Shown here: positions 1 to 10,112 of the stretch, piece after piece
Layout of the letters: every line of letters begins with the position of its first letter
Numbering within the stretch: position 1 is the stretch's first letter
IMG/VR virus record: IMGVR_UViG_3300021962_000022
DNA length: 64,000 bases
Strand: one strand, 5' to 3'
Source: a virus
Lineage: Duplodnaviria; Caudoviricetes
Position numbers and translations under genes: made by a program
Notes under the pieces: model-generated
What the model was told of the DNA's origin: nothing
What the model saw: the letters and a program-made list of their open reading frames with translations, nothing else
Database searches by the model: none

Positions 1-26
1 ATGTTAAAAGAAAACTACCAAGTAAT

Positions 27-848
27 ATGAAAAAAATTTTAATTTCTGATTTTACAATAAAGGAAGTGCCACACGGTGGTTCTGAATGGGTAAACCAAGT
101 TTTAATTGATAAGTTTAATCTTGATTTTCAATACTCAAATCAAGTCACTTCATTTGATTATAATAATCTATACATCATATCAAATATTTCATTGATGAAT
201 CCAAATTTGGTAAGTCAAATACCTAATTTGAATTATATTATAATTGAAAACGATTACAAGATTTGTCCGAGTCGTCATCCATGGAGATATCCTGATAATA
301 TTATTCCGAATGAAGACAGAATTAATTATTCAATTTATAAGAATGCAAAGGCGGTATTCGTTCAAACAACAGACCACATGAATGTGTATTTGAAAAATGA
401 TGTGGTCGCCAATTTTATAAATTTAAATAGTTCAATATGGTCTGATAATGACTTAGAACTTTTAAGAGAATTGAATAAAAATAATTCAGTAAAGAATGAT
501 AAATACTCAGTTTACTACACCAATAATTGGATTAAAAATACACAGGGTAGTTTAAAATATTGTTCTGAAAATAAATTACCAGTTTACATTTTAAAAGAAT
601 CAAAAGATAGAGTTGAGTTTTTAACTAACCTTTCAAAATGTAAGGGTATTGTGTTTTTTCCAATTGCAAGAGAAACGTTTTGTAGGTTAGTTGTGGAATC
701 TAAATGTTTAGGTTTAGATGTAATCACAACACAAAATTATGGTGCTAGTTTAGAAGATTGGTTCCATCAATTTTCAGGTGAAGAACTTATAAATTTCTTA
801 GAATCTAACACCTCTAAGAACTTAGATATTATTTCAAATTATTTATGA
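27..848 (+). CDS. Glycosyltransferase, GT-B/GT4-like
   Basis: N-terminal HGGSE (GG-A/S-E type) loop; C-terminal E-x7-E motif (RETFCRLVVESKCLG) typical of retaining GT4 enzymes; first complete gene of the sugar operon (ATGA overlap with an upstream stop). Confidence 0.6.
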   Translation: MKKILISDFTIKEVPHGGSEWVNQVLIDKFNLDFQYSNQVTSFDYNNLYIISNISLMNPNLVSQIPNLNYIIIENDYKICPSRHPWRYPDNIIPNEDRINYSIYKNAKAVFVQTTDHMNVYLKNDVVANFINLNSSIWSDNDLELLRELNKNNSVKNDKYSVYYTNNWIKNTQGSLKYCSENKLPVYILKESKDRVEFLTNLSKCKGIVFFPIARETFCRLVVESKCLGLDVITTQNYGASLEDWFHQFSGEELINFLESNTSKNLDIISNYL

Positions 849-1837
849 TACTTTTCTGTTACGGGACTAGACCCGAATATATAAAAATTAAAAAATTAAT
901 TGAATCATGTGAAGGTGTTATACCGTATAAAGTATTGTACGTAACCCAACACAAAGACATAGTATTGGGTGATTTCGATTACAAATTAGTCATTGATGAC
1001 CTTTGTGATAATAGGTTAAACAGTATAATGGCGTCAGTCTTTTTAAACTTTAAAGAAGAATTTTTAAAAGATGTGACCCACATACTTGTTCAAGGGGATA
1101 CGGCAACCGCATTGTCACTTTCTTTAATTGGTTTACATTACAAAAAAGAAGTCATTCATTTAGAAGCTGGTCTTAGGACATATGATTACAATCATCCTTA
1201 TCCCGAAGAAATGTATCGACAACTAATAAGTCGAGTGTCAAATTATAACTTGTGTCCAACAGAAAGTAACAAACTTAATTTGGAAAATGAGAAAGTACAA
1301 GGACAAAATTTTGTAGTCGGTAACACCGTTTTAGATAATTTAGATAGAGACAATATTTCTTACGAGGATAAAGTTTTAATTACTTTACACAGACGAGAGA
1401 ATCATGAACAAATGTCCGAATGGTTTAATGAAATCAATCAACTCGCAATAGAGAATCCACAATTAGTTTTTATATTACCGATACACCCAAATCCAAATGT
1501 CCTAAAACACAAACACATACTATCACACGTTAATGTTGTTGACCCGATGAACCATGTTGATTTCATAAAGGAATTCAAATCTTCTAAAATTTTGATATCA
1601 GACAGTGGTGGGGTTCAAGAGGAAGCTGCGTTTTTAAATAAGAAAGTAATTGTCTGTCGAGAAAAAACTGAAAGACCTGAGTCAGTTGGTAAAACATCTT
1701 TTATTTGTAGAAAACCCATTGACTTAAAGGGTATTTTTTACGATATTATTAACGATTTTGACACACAGTATGAATGTCCTTATGGTGACGGTAATTCCTG
1801 TGATAAAATCGTAGAAATATTTAAAAAAATCATATGA
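845..1837 (+). CDS. wecB: UDP-N-acetylglucosamine 2-epimerase (non-hydrolysing)
   Basis: Motifs GTRPE, VQGDT, HLEAGLRT, PEE, TLHRREN, SDSGGVQEEA, RPE, YGDG in the expected order. Confidence 0.93.
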   Translation: MILFCYGTRPEYIKIKKLIESCEGVIPYKVLYVTQHKDIVLGDFDYKLVIDDLCDNRLNSIMASVFLNFKEEFLKDVTHILVQGDTATALSLSLIGLHYKKEVIHLEAGLRTYDYNHPYPEEMYRQLISRVSNYNLCPTESNKLNLENEKVQGQNFVVGNTVLDNLDRDNISYEDKVLITLHRRENHEQMSEWFNEINQLAIENPQLVFILPIHPNPNVLKHKHILSHVNVVDPMNHVDFIKEFKSSKILISDSGGVQEEAAFLNKKVIVCREKTERPESVGKTSFICRKPIDLKGIFYDIINDFDTQYECPYGDGNSCDKIVEIFKKII

Positions 1838-2562
1838 GTATAACAGTAATATTAAATGGTTATAAAAGACCTCACGTTCTTGCAAAACAATTAGAAAGTA
1901 TTAGAAATCAAAGTGTTCAACCTGAGTCAATTTTATTTTGGCAAAACTCAGGTGCCGAATTTGATTCTAATTTAACTAAGGACTTAATTCACGCGTCATC
2001 TAATCACAACTTTGGTGTTTGGGCTAGATTTGCATACGCTTTAAACGCAACAACAGAATACATTTGTGTATTTGATGATGATACCATTCCCGGTCCATTA
2101 TGGTTAGAAAATTGTTTGAATACCATGAAAATTCAAGAGGGATTATTGGGAACAATTGGTGTTAAATTTCACACAAAAAACACATATTGGCCAGCAACAA
2201 GAATTGGTTGGGATGGTCCAAATGAACAGATAGAACAAGTGGACATCGTTGGTCATTCTTGGTTTTTTAAAAGAGAATGGTTATCTATTTTTTGGAGGGA
2301 GTTACCCGAAATCAATCAAAGTAAATTGGTTGGTGAGGACATGCACTTTTCTTATACCCTACAGAAATACGCCAACATAGGTACATTCGTCCCTCCACAT
2401 CCAAAAAATAATATGGATATGTGGGGAAGCATTCCTGAACATGCTTGGAAACACGGAACCGATTCTAATGCAATTTCAGTTCACAATTCAAATATGAATT
2501 TAATGAGTGAAGTATACCGTGGTTATATCGATAAAGGTTTTAAAACCATTTTAAATCGTTAA
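1834..2562 (+). CDS. Glycosyltransferase, GT-A/GT2-like
   Basis: N-terminal SITVILNGYKR strand, YICVFDDD (DxD) motif, downstream GED motif; operon context. Confidence 0.65.
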   Translation: MSITVILNGYKRPHVLAKQLESIRNQSVQPESILFWQNSGAEFDSNLTKDLIHASSNHNFGVWARFAYALNATTEYICVFDDDTIPGPLWLENCLNTMKIQEGLLGTIGVKFHTKNTYWPATRIGWDGPNEQIEQVDIVGHSWFFKREWLSIFWRELPEINQSKLVGEDMHFSYTLQKYANIGTFVPPHPKNNMDMWGSIPEHAWKHGTDSNAISVHNSNMNLMSEVYRGYIDKGFKTILNR

Positions 2563-2567
2563 TTCAT

Positions 2568-3164
2568 ATGATTAATAAAAACGAAATAACGATTATTATA
2601 CAGGGACCATCAGTAAATGTTGGGGAATTAAGGCAACGATGGGATGGTTTTAATGTAATATGGTCAACGTGGGTTGGGGAAGAGGCAAAATACAATCAAG
2701 ATGACATTGTAATTTTCAATAATATACCATTCGATAAAGGTATCCAAAACATTGCGCTACAAAAAGAGTCAACATTAAATGGAATAAGAAAAGCAAAAGA
2801 ATTAGGTTTTAGTTGGGTTTTAAAATGGAGAAGTGATATGTTACCAAATGACTCTGAAAGTTTAATTAATTGTTTCAAAAAAGATTCAATTAACTTCTTG
2901 GCGTGGCATAATGGAGGAAAATATTTTGTTGATTACTTTGTCGGTGGTAATATCGATGACGTTTATAAAATATGGGACATTCCTCAGATATGGTCGTCCC
3001 ATTCAGAAAAAATAACAACTGATAATATTTTTTCATTAGGGTATGATAATTTTAACTTTATTGGTGATAAATTAAACACCAATAATGAAATATATTGGTC
3101 CAAATATAAAATCAATCTATCCACATATAAAGATGAGAAATGTTATACTATGGAGGTAAAATAA
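2568..3164 (+). CDS. WavE-like polysaccharide synthesis protein
   Basis: IIIQGP...VIWSTW...N-x2-LQ-x2-STLNG...VLKWRSD pattern resembles the WavE family. Confidence 0.5.
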   Translation: MINKNEITIIIQGPSVNVGELRQRWDGFNVIWSTWVGEEAKYNQDDIVIFNNIPFDKGIQNIALQKESTLNGIRKAKELGFSWVLKWRSDMLPNDSESLINCFKKDSINFLAWHNGGKYFVDYFVGGNIDDVYKIWDIPQIWSSHSEKITTDNIFSLGYDNFNFIGDKLNTNNEIYWSKYKINLSTYKDEKCYTMEVK

Positions 3165-3171
3165 TAATTAA

Positions 3172-3903
3172 ATGTACGATAATTCAAAATTTATTAATAA
3201 CGCTTTTACCGAAGACGAATATAATCTTGGGGTGTTTGTCGATTTAAATGGTAAGTGTCCTTTATGGACAAAAAAATTGATATCTAATATTAAAGATAAA
3301 ATTGATTTCAATTCCATAAACACAATATTGGATATTGGTTCAAGAGATGGGTGTCAAAGTTTAGAATTAAATCGGTGGTTTCCACATGCAAAGATTTACG
3401 CATTCGAACCCGTACCAAATAACTATGAGTTTACCGTAAAAAATGTTCAAGGTGTTGATAATATCAGAGCACTTCCATACGCAATAAATTCATTTCATGG
3501 TAAGACTAAATTTTATGAGGTATACAATGGGAACGTAGGTGCTAGTTCATTGTTAAAAACAACGAACCACTGGCGTTCATCACAATGGGCACAAAAAGAA
3601 ATTGAAGTTGAATGTATAGTCCTATCTGATTGGTTAAAAGAAAATGATGTTAACCAAGTGGATTTAATATGGATGGATGTACAAGGTGCTGAAAAAATTG
3701 TCATAGATAGTTTGGGTGATTACTTAAATGAAGTTAAAGTAATCGCAACTGAAGTCGGATTACAAGAGTTATATGTTAATTCAACTACTAAAAACGAACT
3801 TGATAAATTATTAGATGGGTTTATCGCTTTAGATGAATCACCCGAATCGTCAATGACCGAAATGGACATTATCTATATCAACAAGAAAAATGGAACAATT
3901 TAA
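3172..3903 (+). CDS. FkbM-family SAM-dependent methyltransferase
   Basis: ILDIGSRDG, IYAFEP, LIWMDVQGAE motifs. Confidence 0.88.
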   Translation: MYDNSKFINNAFTEDEYNLGVFVDLNGKCPLWTKKLISNIKDKIDFNSINTILDIGSRDGCQSLELNRWFPHAKIYAFEPVPNNYEFTVKNVQGVDNIRALPYAINSFHGKTKFYEVYNGNVGASSLLKTTNHWRSSQWAQKEIEVECIVLSDWLKENDVNQVDLIWMDVQGAEKIVIDSLGDYLNEVKVIATEVGLQELYVNSTTKNELDKLLDGFIALDESPESSMTEMDIIYINKKNGTI

Positions 3904-4609
3904 AAGTGATTTTGTAAGGTTCACCGAAAAAATAAAAAATGGTGAGAATTTTGCATACGCAAGATATGCGGATGGTGAAGTATTGTTAATGAAAGGTAAT
4001 GAGGTGGGTCAAAATACACAAGCTTTTAAAATCGATAATTGGAGTTCACCAAATCAATTAACTACCGTAGGTAATGAATTACTTGAGAGTTTATCACATA
4101 CCGAATCTAATTATTACTATGCAATTTCATCCGTATCTGACAATATTTCAGACTATAGATTTTTGACGGATAGAATTAAATCAAAAAAAGAGAATATAAC
4201 ATTCGCCAACCTATGGATAAATTCAAATTACCAGCAGATGAAAGATTTTTACATGGGGTTGGATAAGGAGTGTTTCGTTATATGTAATCATCGGGCTAAT
4301 ATCAATAATTTTCCTTTTAAAATAAAAGAATTTTTTCCATTTCCTGATAATTGTGTTGAGTTTTGGGAATCCTCAGGGTCCGACTATATGACACAAATTA
4401 ATCAAAAAATACAACAATTAAATAATGAAACTTTCTTTATATCAGCTGGACCAATTTCTGAAATAATAATACATAAACTGTACTCTTTGAACCCAAACAA
4501 TCAATATATTGATGTTGGTTCCTCAATGGATGAATTTGTCCACGGTAAAAAGACAAGACCATATATGGAACCAAATTCATTTTATTCTAAACAAATATCA
4601 GTATTCTAA
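3890..4609 (+). CDS. GT-D fold (DUF1792-like) glycosyltransferase
   Basis: ARYADGE (cf. SRFGDGE), ISAGP (cf. ALGP) and YIDVGS (cf. AIDIG) motifs in the same order as in GT-D enzymes. Confidence 0.6.
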   Translation: MEQFKSDFVRFTEKIKNGENFAYARYADGEVLLMKGNEVGQNTQAFKIDNWSSPNQLTTVGNELLESLSHTESNYYYAISSVSDNISDYRFLTDRIKSKKENITFANLWINSNYQQMKDFYMGLDKECFVICNHRANINNFPFKIKEFFPFPDNCVEFWESSGSDYMTQINQKIQQLNNETFFISAGPISEIIIHKLYSLNPNNQYIDVGSSMDEFVHGKKTRPYMEPNSFYSKQISVF

Positions 4610-5286
4610 TGATTAATATTGTATACACAAATAGTAAATGTCAAGATGTTTTTAATATTTTTAAATCACAGCACGACACATACTCAAAATTACCACTTTT
4701 TGTAATATCCGATAATGGTGGGGATTTTACTTATAGAAACGAAGACCCATATTACAAACATTGGTTAGATGCATTAAAATTGGTGAATGATGATTTTTTC
4801 ATTTACAACCAAGAGGATTTCATTCTTTATGATTCAGTAAATCATGATATTTTAAATAGATTAGAAAACTTTTTAATAGAAAATCCTGAATATTCATTTG
4901 TTAGATTAATTAAAAGTGGTCAAAATTTATCAAGAGAAGAATTGGTTGAAGACATATACCCGATTGGTGACGATTCTTTTCCACTTTATTCGATGCAGGC
5001 AACAATTTGGAATAAAAATAAATTTATCGAACTGTATGAAAATACTAAACAAGAAAAGTGGTTTGAGTCTCAATCATATGAAGATGCGTGTAAAAAATTA
5101 AATATAAGAGGCGTTTATTATTACAATGGTGAACCAAAAAGAGGTGGTCATCATGACTCATCAATTTATCCTTATATCGCAACCGCGGTTGTAAAAGGTA
5201 AATGGAATTTAAGTGAGTATAAAAATGAATTATTACCTCTACTTAACGAACATAATATAGTTATAGAAAATAGAGGTATATTTTAA
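4609..5286 (+). CDS. Putative glycosyltransferase-like protein
   Basis: FFIYNQEDFIL acidic motif after a beta strand, MQATIWNK; translationally coupled within the sugar operon. Confidence 0.4.
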   Translation: MINIVYTNSKCQDVFNIFKSQHDTYSKLPLFVISDNGGDFTYRNEDPYYKHWLDALKLVNDDFFIYNQEDFILYDSVNHDILNRLENFLIENPEYSFVRLIKSGQNLSREELVEDIYPIGDDSFPLYSMQATIWNKNKFIELYENTKQEKWFESQSYEDACKKLNIRGVYYYNGEPKRGGHHDSSIYPYIATAVVKGKWNLSEYKNELLPLLNEHNIVIENRGIF

Positions 5287-5287
5287 T

Positions 5288-5899
5288 ATGTTACTTGATT
5301 TAATTAGTCTATCAAAAAAATACAACATGAATATTAGTGGCATTATTCACATAGGTGCCCATTTCGGTGAAGAACATTCAACTTATAAGAGTTTAGGTGT
5401 AAACAATATTGTTTATTTTGAACCGGTTAAAAAAACATTTGATGTTTTAAATGAAAGAGTAACGGATGCAAAATTATATAATTACGCTTTAGGTAATGAA
5501 AATAAAATGATTGAAATGTATATTGAAGATAACGATACATATGGGTGCTCTTCAATACTTCAACCAAGTTCAAATTATGCAAACATCGCTTTTAGTCCAA
5601 ATGAATTAGTTGAAATGAAACGATTAGATGATTTTAATTTTAATGGTTTTAATCTATTAAATATAGATGTCCAAGGTTACGAATATGAAGTTTTAAAAGG
5701 TGCTGAAAAAACATTAGAAAATGTAGATTTTATTTTATGTGAAATAAATCGAGATACCCCAAATAAACAACTAGATTATATCGGCTCAAAAACGATAGAT
5801 AAAATAATAGAACTATTAACACCTTACGGTTTCAAATTGAGTGAAGAAAATTGGGCTGGAATATCGTGGGGTGATGGTTTTTTTGTAAAACAAAAATGA
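5288..5899 (+). CDS. FkbM-family SAM-dependent methyltransferase
   Basis: IIHIGAHFGEE, VYFEP, LLNIDVQGYEYEVLKGA motifs. Confidence 0.88.
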   Translation: MLLDLISLSKKYNMNISGIIHIGAHFGEEHSTYKSLGVNNIVYFEPVKKTFDVLNERVTDAKLYNYALGNENKMIEMYIEDNDTYGCSSILQPSSNYANIAFSPNELVEMKRLDDFNFNGFNLLNIDVQGYEYEVLKGAEKTLENVDFILCEINRDTPNKQLDYIGSKTIDKIIELLTPYGFKLSEENWAGISWGDGFFVKQK

Positions 5900-6573
5900 T
5901 TGTAGGTAAAGGGTTAATATCATCCGGGTTTCAGTCATCAAAAAATGACTATACCAATTACATCATATTTGCATCAGGAGTTTCGAATTCAAAAGAAACG
6001 AATGATAGTGAATATAATCGTGAAAAAGAACTGATATTAAAAACCATAAATGAAAACAAACAATTAAAAATAATTTATTTTAGTAGTGTTTTAGTTGAAA
6101 CAACCAAAAATAAGTACTATCAAAACAAATTAGATATTGAAAATCTAATCAAAACTAATTCAGATAACTATATTATTTTTAGAATTCCTCAGGTTATTGG
6201 ATACAATGGAAATCCTAAAAATTTGTTCAATTTTATAAAAAATTCTATAGTAAACGAAACCGAAATAACAATCGATAAAAACATAGAAAGGTCTCTATTA
6301 GATATTGATTATTTGGTAGATATTGTTGATTACTGTAAAGATAAAGTATCTTGCGAGATACTGACAATTTCAGGTGTAAAAAAAATAAAAGTATTTACTT
6401 TATGTAATCTAATTGGTAAAATTTTAAATAAAAAACCTATTTTAAAAATAGTCGATGATGTCGAATATAAAAATTGGTTTACCAAAAACTCTAAGATTAT
6501 TAATCAATCAATAATCAATATCAATAAACTAACTTATTATGAAACTCTTCTAAAAAAATATATTTCTCAATGA
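5896..6573 (+). CDS. NAD-dependent epimerase/dehydratase-like protein (short)
   Basis: MIVGKGLIS Rossmann-like start, FASGVSNS, YFSS, Y-x3-K (YYQNK), IFRIPQVIG. Confidence 0.6.
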   Translation: MIVGKGLISSGFQSSKNDYTNYIIFASGVSNSKETNDSEYNREKELILKTINENKQLKIIYFSSVLVETTKNKYYQNKLDIENLIKTNSDNYIIFRIPQVIGYNGNPKNLFNFIKNSIVNETEITIDKNIERSLLDIDYLVDIVDYCKDKVSCEILTISGVKKIKVFTLCNLIGKILNKKPILKIVDDVEYKNWFTKNSKIINQSIININKLTYYETLLKKYISQ

Positions 6574-7337
6574 AAGTTATAACTTTAACATTCGCCTATG
6601 ATATAAGCAAATTATTTGAAATTGGTAGATTTTGGGCCAAAGATGTTTATATCGATAAAGATTTTATATCTGATTATTCTGCCGCATCTTATGCTACTTT
6701 TTTACATACAAATCCGGATTTACAACTTCATTTATATACCGATGACATTGATTTAATTAGAGAAAAATTAAACCAATACAATGTAAATTTAAAAAATGTT
6801 GTTTATCATGATTATTCTGAAAAATTAAAATCATATGAAGGTAAATTAAAATATAGTTTTGATATTTTACATGATTTTATTATTGAGCAGAGAAGTAATA
6901 GTGAATACACGGTTAAAATTGATTGTGATTTATCATTTCGTAACAAGATACCAATGATGGATAATACAAGTAAAGATATTTTAGTTTGGAAATATGAAAG
7001 AATGTTATTTAACGGTGACCCTAGAATGGGTGAAATTAAATCATCAACGTTAAGTGTTGGTAACATTAATTATAAAATATTTAATGTTGGCTTATTGGGG
7101 ATACCACCAACATTTGAAATCGATGAATTGGATGGTGTGTATCGAAAAATGTCCGACGTTAATATTATGGATGTTTCAGATATAAAAGTAAATTCTTGGC
7201 ATTGTGCTGAACAAACATCTAAAAATTGGATTTTTCATAAATACAATTACAATGTCATTGAATCATATAACTTTGTTAATCATCATTTTGAAACCAAAAA
7301 AAAATGTATCGATGACGCCAAATATTTATTAAAATGA
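6570..7337 (+). CDS. Putative glycosyltransferase (GT-A, DxD)
   Basis: LHLYTD, VKIDCDL DxD motif, FNVG and AEQ motifs reminiscent of GT8-like enzymes. Confidence 0.45.
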   Translation: MKVITLTFAYDISKLFEIGRFWAKDVYIDKDFISDYSAASYATFLHTNPDLQLHLYTDDIDLIREKLNQYNVNLKNVVYHDYSEKLKSYEGKLKYSFDILHDFIIEQRSNSEYTVKIDCDLSFRNKIPMMDNTSKDILVWKYERMLFNGDPRMGEIKSSTLSVGNINYKIFNVGLLGIPPTFEIDELDGVYRKMSDVNIMDVSDIKVNSWHCAEQTSKNWIFHKYNYNVIESYNFVNHHFETKKKCIDDAKYLLK

Positions 7338-8152
7338 TTACAATAATAACTACAGGTAGAGATGATGATTACGGACATGGATTTTTAGATAGACTGTATT
7401 CGTCAATAAAAAATAATATAGAAATACTGCACAGTTACAGTATCGAATACGAATATATTATTTGTGAATGGAATCCGGTAAAAGAACCCCTTTTGTACCA
7501 CGAAAAATTTAAAGAATTATTTGAAAAATATAATTTAAGAGAAGTAATAATTACAAATAGTGTTGTCGAAGAAGAACGGTTAAATCATAATATTTTTTAT
7601 GAATATTTTGCAAAAAACGTCGGTGTTAGAAACGCCAAATATGAAAATATATTAATAATTAATTCAGATATTGTTATTCCTTCAGAATCCTTTTCAATTA
7701 TCATCGATAACATTAAAAATGGTTTAGAAAAAGATAAATTTTATAGATTAGAGTTCAGAGAACAAATAGATAATGATTTTAATTTTATTAAGATAGAATC
7801 TGTTTATCACCCGTCTAATCCTGATTCAGTAATATGTGGATATTGTTCTGGTGATTTTTTACTAACAAATAAAAATAGCTTTGTTGAATTTGGGATGGGA
7901 TATGACGAAACAAATTTTGCTCATAGAACCATTTCACAAACAGGTATGGATGGTGAAATATTATGGAATATGTACAATAATGGTATGAGAATAAAATTAA
8001 TTCCGACTAAGTATATGCACATAAATCACGGTAAACCTAACCCATATGATAATTACTATAATGATAAAGGATATATAAATAAGAGTAATTGGGGGTTTAT
8101 TGATTATGAACATGATGAAGTTTCAAATAAATTAATGATTATAAAAAAATGA
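7334..8152 (+). CDS. Glycosyltransferase, GT2-like
   Basis: IIITTGRDDDY start, YIICEW, KNVGVRNA, ILIINSDIV, GDF and DGE motifs. Confidence 0.6.
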   Translation: MITIITTGRDDDYGHGFLDRLYSSIKNNIEILHSYSIEYEYIICEWNPVKEPLLYHEKFKELFEKYNLREVIITNSVVEEERLNHNIFYEYFAKNVGVRNAKYENILIINSDIVIPSESFSIIIDNIKNGLEKDKFYRLEFREQIDNDFNFIKIESVYHPSNPDSVICGYCSGDFLLTNKNSFVEFGMGYDETNFAHRTISQTGMDGEILWNMYNNGMRIKLIPTKYMHINHGKPNPYDNYYNDKGYINKSNWGFIDYEHDEVSNKLMIIKK

Positions 8153-9078
8153 AAAAATTTATAGTAACAACAACAATTAATAAACCTACCGTAGCGACCT
8201 TAAAATTTGCGGAAATATCAGACAGAGATAATTGGACTTTTGTAATTGTAGGTGACACAAAGACCCCACATGATGAGTATGAGAAATTAGTTTCATCACA
8301 TAAAAATGTTGTTTATTTATCACCAAATCAACAAGAGAAGTTGTATCCCGAAATCAGTAAATTAATTGGTTGGGGTACAATACAAAGGAGAAACATTGGG
8401 TTTATTTATTCATACCACAACGGCGCAGACATTATGTCGACCATAGATGATGACAACATACCATATGATAATTGGGGTCAAAATAATGTGGGTAAGGAAA
8501 TTGAAGTTGACCTTTATGAACCCCAATTAAATGTATTTGACCCATTGTCAATTACCCGAGATAACTATCTGTGGCATCGAGGTTACCCAATCGAATACTT
8601 ACAAAAAAGATTTCAAGTTGAGTACAAGGGTAAAATAAAAAGAAAAGTATTGGTTCAAGCGGATTTGTGGGATGGTGACCCTGATATTGATGCATTAGCA
8701 AGACTAACATATAAACCAATCGTTAAATATTCTGACGTGGTTCACCCATATTGTTCGAATAAAATATCACCATTTAATTCTCAAAATACGTTTCTTGATA
8801 GGTCTGTGATTCCCGTTTATTCGGTTTTACCATTTATTGGTAGAATGGATGATATTTGGGGGGCTTACATACTCCAACACTATTTTCCCAATTCTGTGAT
8901 TTATTCACCCGCCAGTGTTTATCAAGACAGAAATTCTCAGGATTTAATTACCAACTTAGAAAAAGAAATCATTGGGTATAGAGATACTTTAAACCTGATT
9001 AATAATTTAGAGAATTTTGAAAAAATAATACCAAAAGAGACACTTAATTTTTATAATTTATACAAAAAACAATTTTAA
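8149..9078 (+). CDS. STELLO / reversibly glycosylated polypeptide (GT75-like) protein
   Basis: IVTTTIN.PT, VGDTKTP, RRNIGF, STIDDDN, HRGYP, LWDGDPDIDA, PFNSQNT, GRMDDIW correspond to STELLO and RGP/UDP-Ara mutase motifs. Confidence 0.65.
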   Translation: MKKFIVTTTINKPTVATLKFAEISDRDNWTFVIVGDTKTPHDEYEKLVSSHKNVVYLSPNQQEKLYPEISKLIGWGTIQRRNIGFIYSYHNGADIMSTIDDDNIPYDNWGQNNVGKEIEVDLYEPQLNVFDPLSITRDNYLWHRGYPIEYLQKRFQVEYKGKIKRKVLVQADLWDGDPDIDALARLTYKPIVKYSDVVHPYCSNKISPFNSQNTFLDRSVIPVYSVLPFIGRMDDIWGAYILQHYFPNSVIYSPASVYQDRNSQDLITNLEKEIIGYRDTLNLINNLENFEKIIPKETLNFYNLYKKQF

Positions 9079-10080
9079 ATGAAAAAAGTATTAGTACTAG
9101 GAGGTGGAGGTTTTATTGGTGGTCACCTTGCAAAAAGATTAAAGAATGAAGGAAACTATGTTAGAGTAGTTGACATAAAAAGACACGAATACTTTGACGA
9201 GAAGGACTTTTGTGATGAATTCATAGTTGGAGACCTAAGAGACCCTAAAGTTGTCTCAGAATCAATTGATGAGGGTATGGATGAAGTTTATCAACTTGCT
9301 GCTGACATGGGTGGTGCTGGGTATATTTTTACCGGTGATAATGACGCGAATGTGATGCACAACTCATCGTTAATTAATTTAAATGTTGTCCATGAGTGTG
9401 CTAAGAAAAATGTAAAGAAAGTTTTTTACTCATCATCGGCATGTATGTACCCCGAACACAACCAACTTGACCCTGATAACCCAAATTGTGAAGAATCTTC
9501 GGCTTATCCCGCGAATCCCGATTCGGAATATGGATGGGAAAAATTGTTCTCTGAAAGGTTGTTTTTAGCGTTTAATAGGAACTATGGATTGGATGTCCGT
9601 ATTGGTAGATTCCACAATATCTTTGGTCCTTATGGTACTTGGAAAGGTGGTAAGGAGAAAGCACCAGCAGCAATGTGTAGGAAAGTTTCCGAAATGTTGG
9701 ATGGTGGTGAAATTGAAGTGTGGGGTGACGGTCAACAAACTCGTTCATTTTTATATGTTGACGAATGTGTTGAAGCGGTGCTAAGACTAATGAATCAAAA
9801 TGAATTTTTAGGACCTGTTAATATTGGTTCGGAAGAAAAGATTACCATAAATGATTTAGCACAAATGGCAATAGATATCTCAGGAAAAGAGATTTATATA
9901 AGAAACATTGGTGGGGAAGAATTTAAGGAAAAGTATGGTTACAAATGTCCTGTCGGTGTACGTGGACGAAACTCAGATAACAAACTTTATTTAGAAAAAA
10001 TAGGATGGGTTGTTAATGAACCATTATACAATGGTATGGTAAAAACCTACGAATGGATTCAAACAATGGTTGAGAAATAA
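9079..10080 (+). CDS. GDP-mannose 3,5-epimerase-like SDR epimerase
   Basis: GGGGFIGGH, LAADMGG, SSSAC(M)YPE with catalytic Cys, YGWEK (YxxxK), RFHNIFGP, GGKEKAPAAMCRK, GVRGRNSDN: the diagnostic GME motif set. Confidence 0.88.
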   Translation: MKKVLVLGGGGFIGGHLAKRLKNEGNYVRVVDIKRHEYFDEKDFCDEFIVGDLRDPKVVSESIDEGMDEVYQLAADMGGAGYIFTGDNDANVMHNSSLINLNVVHECAKKNVKKVFYSSSACMYPEHNQLDPDNPNCEESSAYPANPDSEYGWEKLFSERLFLAFNRNYGLDVRIGRFHNIFGPYGTWKGGKEKAPAAMCRKVSEMLDGGEIEVWGDGQQTRSFLYVDECVEAVLRLMNQNEFLGPVNIGSEEKITINDLAQMAIDISGKEIYIRNIGGEEFKEKYGYKCPVGVRGRNSDNKLYLEKIGWVVNEPLYNGMVKTYEWIQTMVEK

Positions 10081-10112
10081 AAAAGGGGGTTATTGACCCC
10101 CTTCTTCTTTTT
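10081..10112. terminator. Bidirectional intrinsic terminator between convergent operons
   Basis: AAGGGGGT-tattg-ACCCCCTT hairpin (10083-10103) with an A-run upstream and a T-rich run downstream. Confidence 0.8.
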
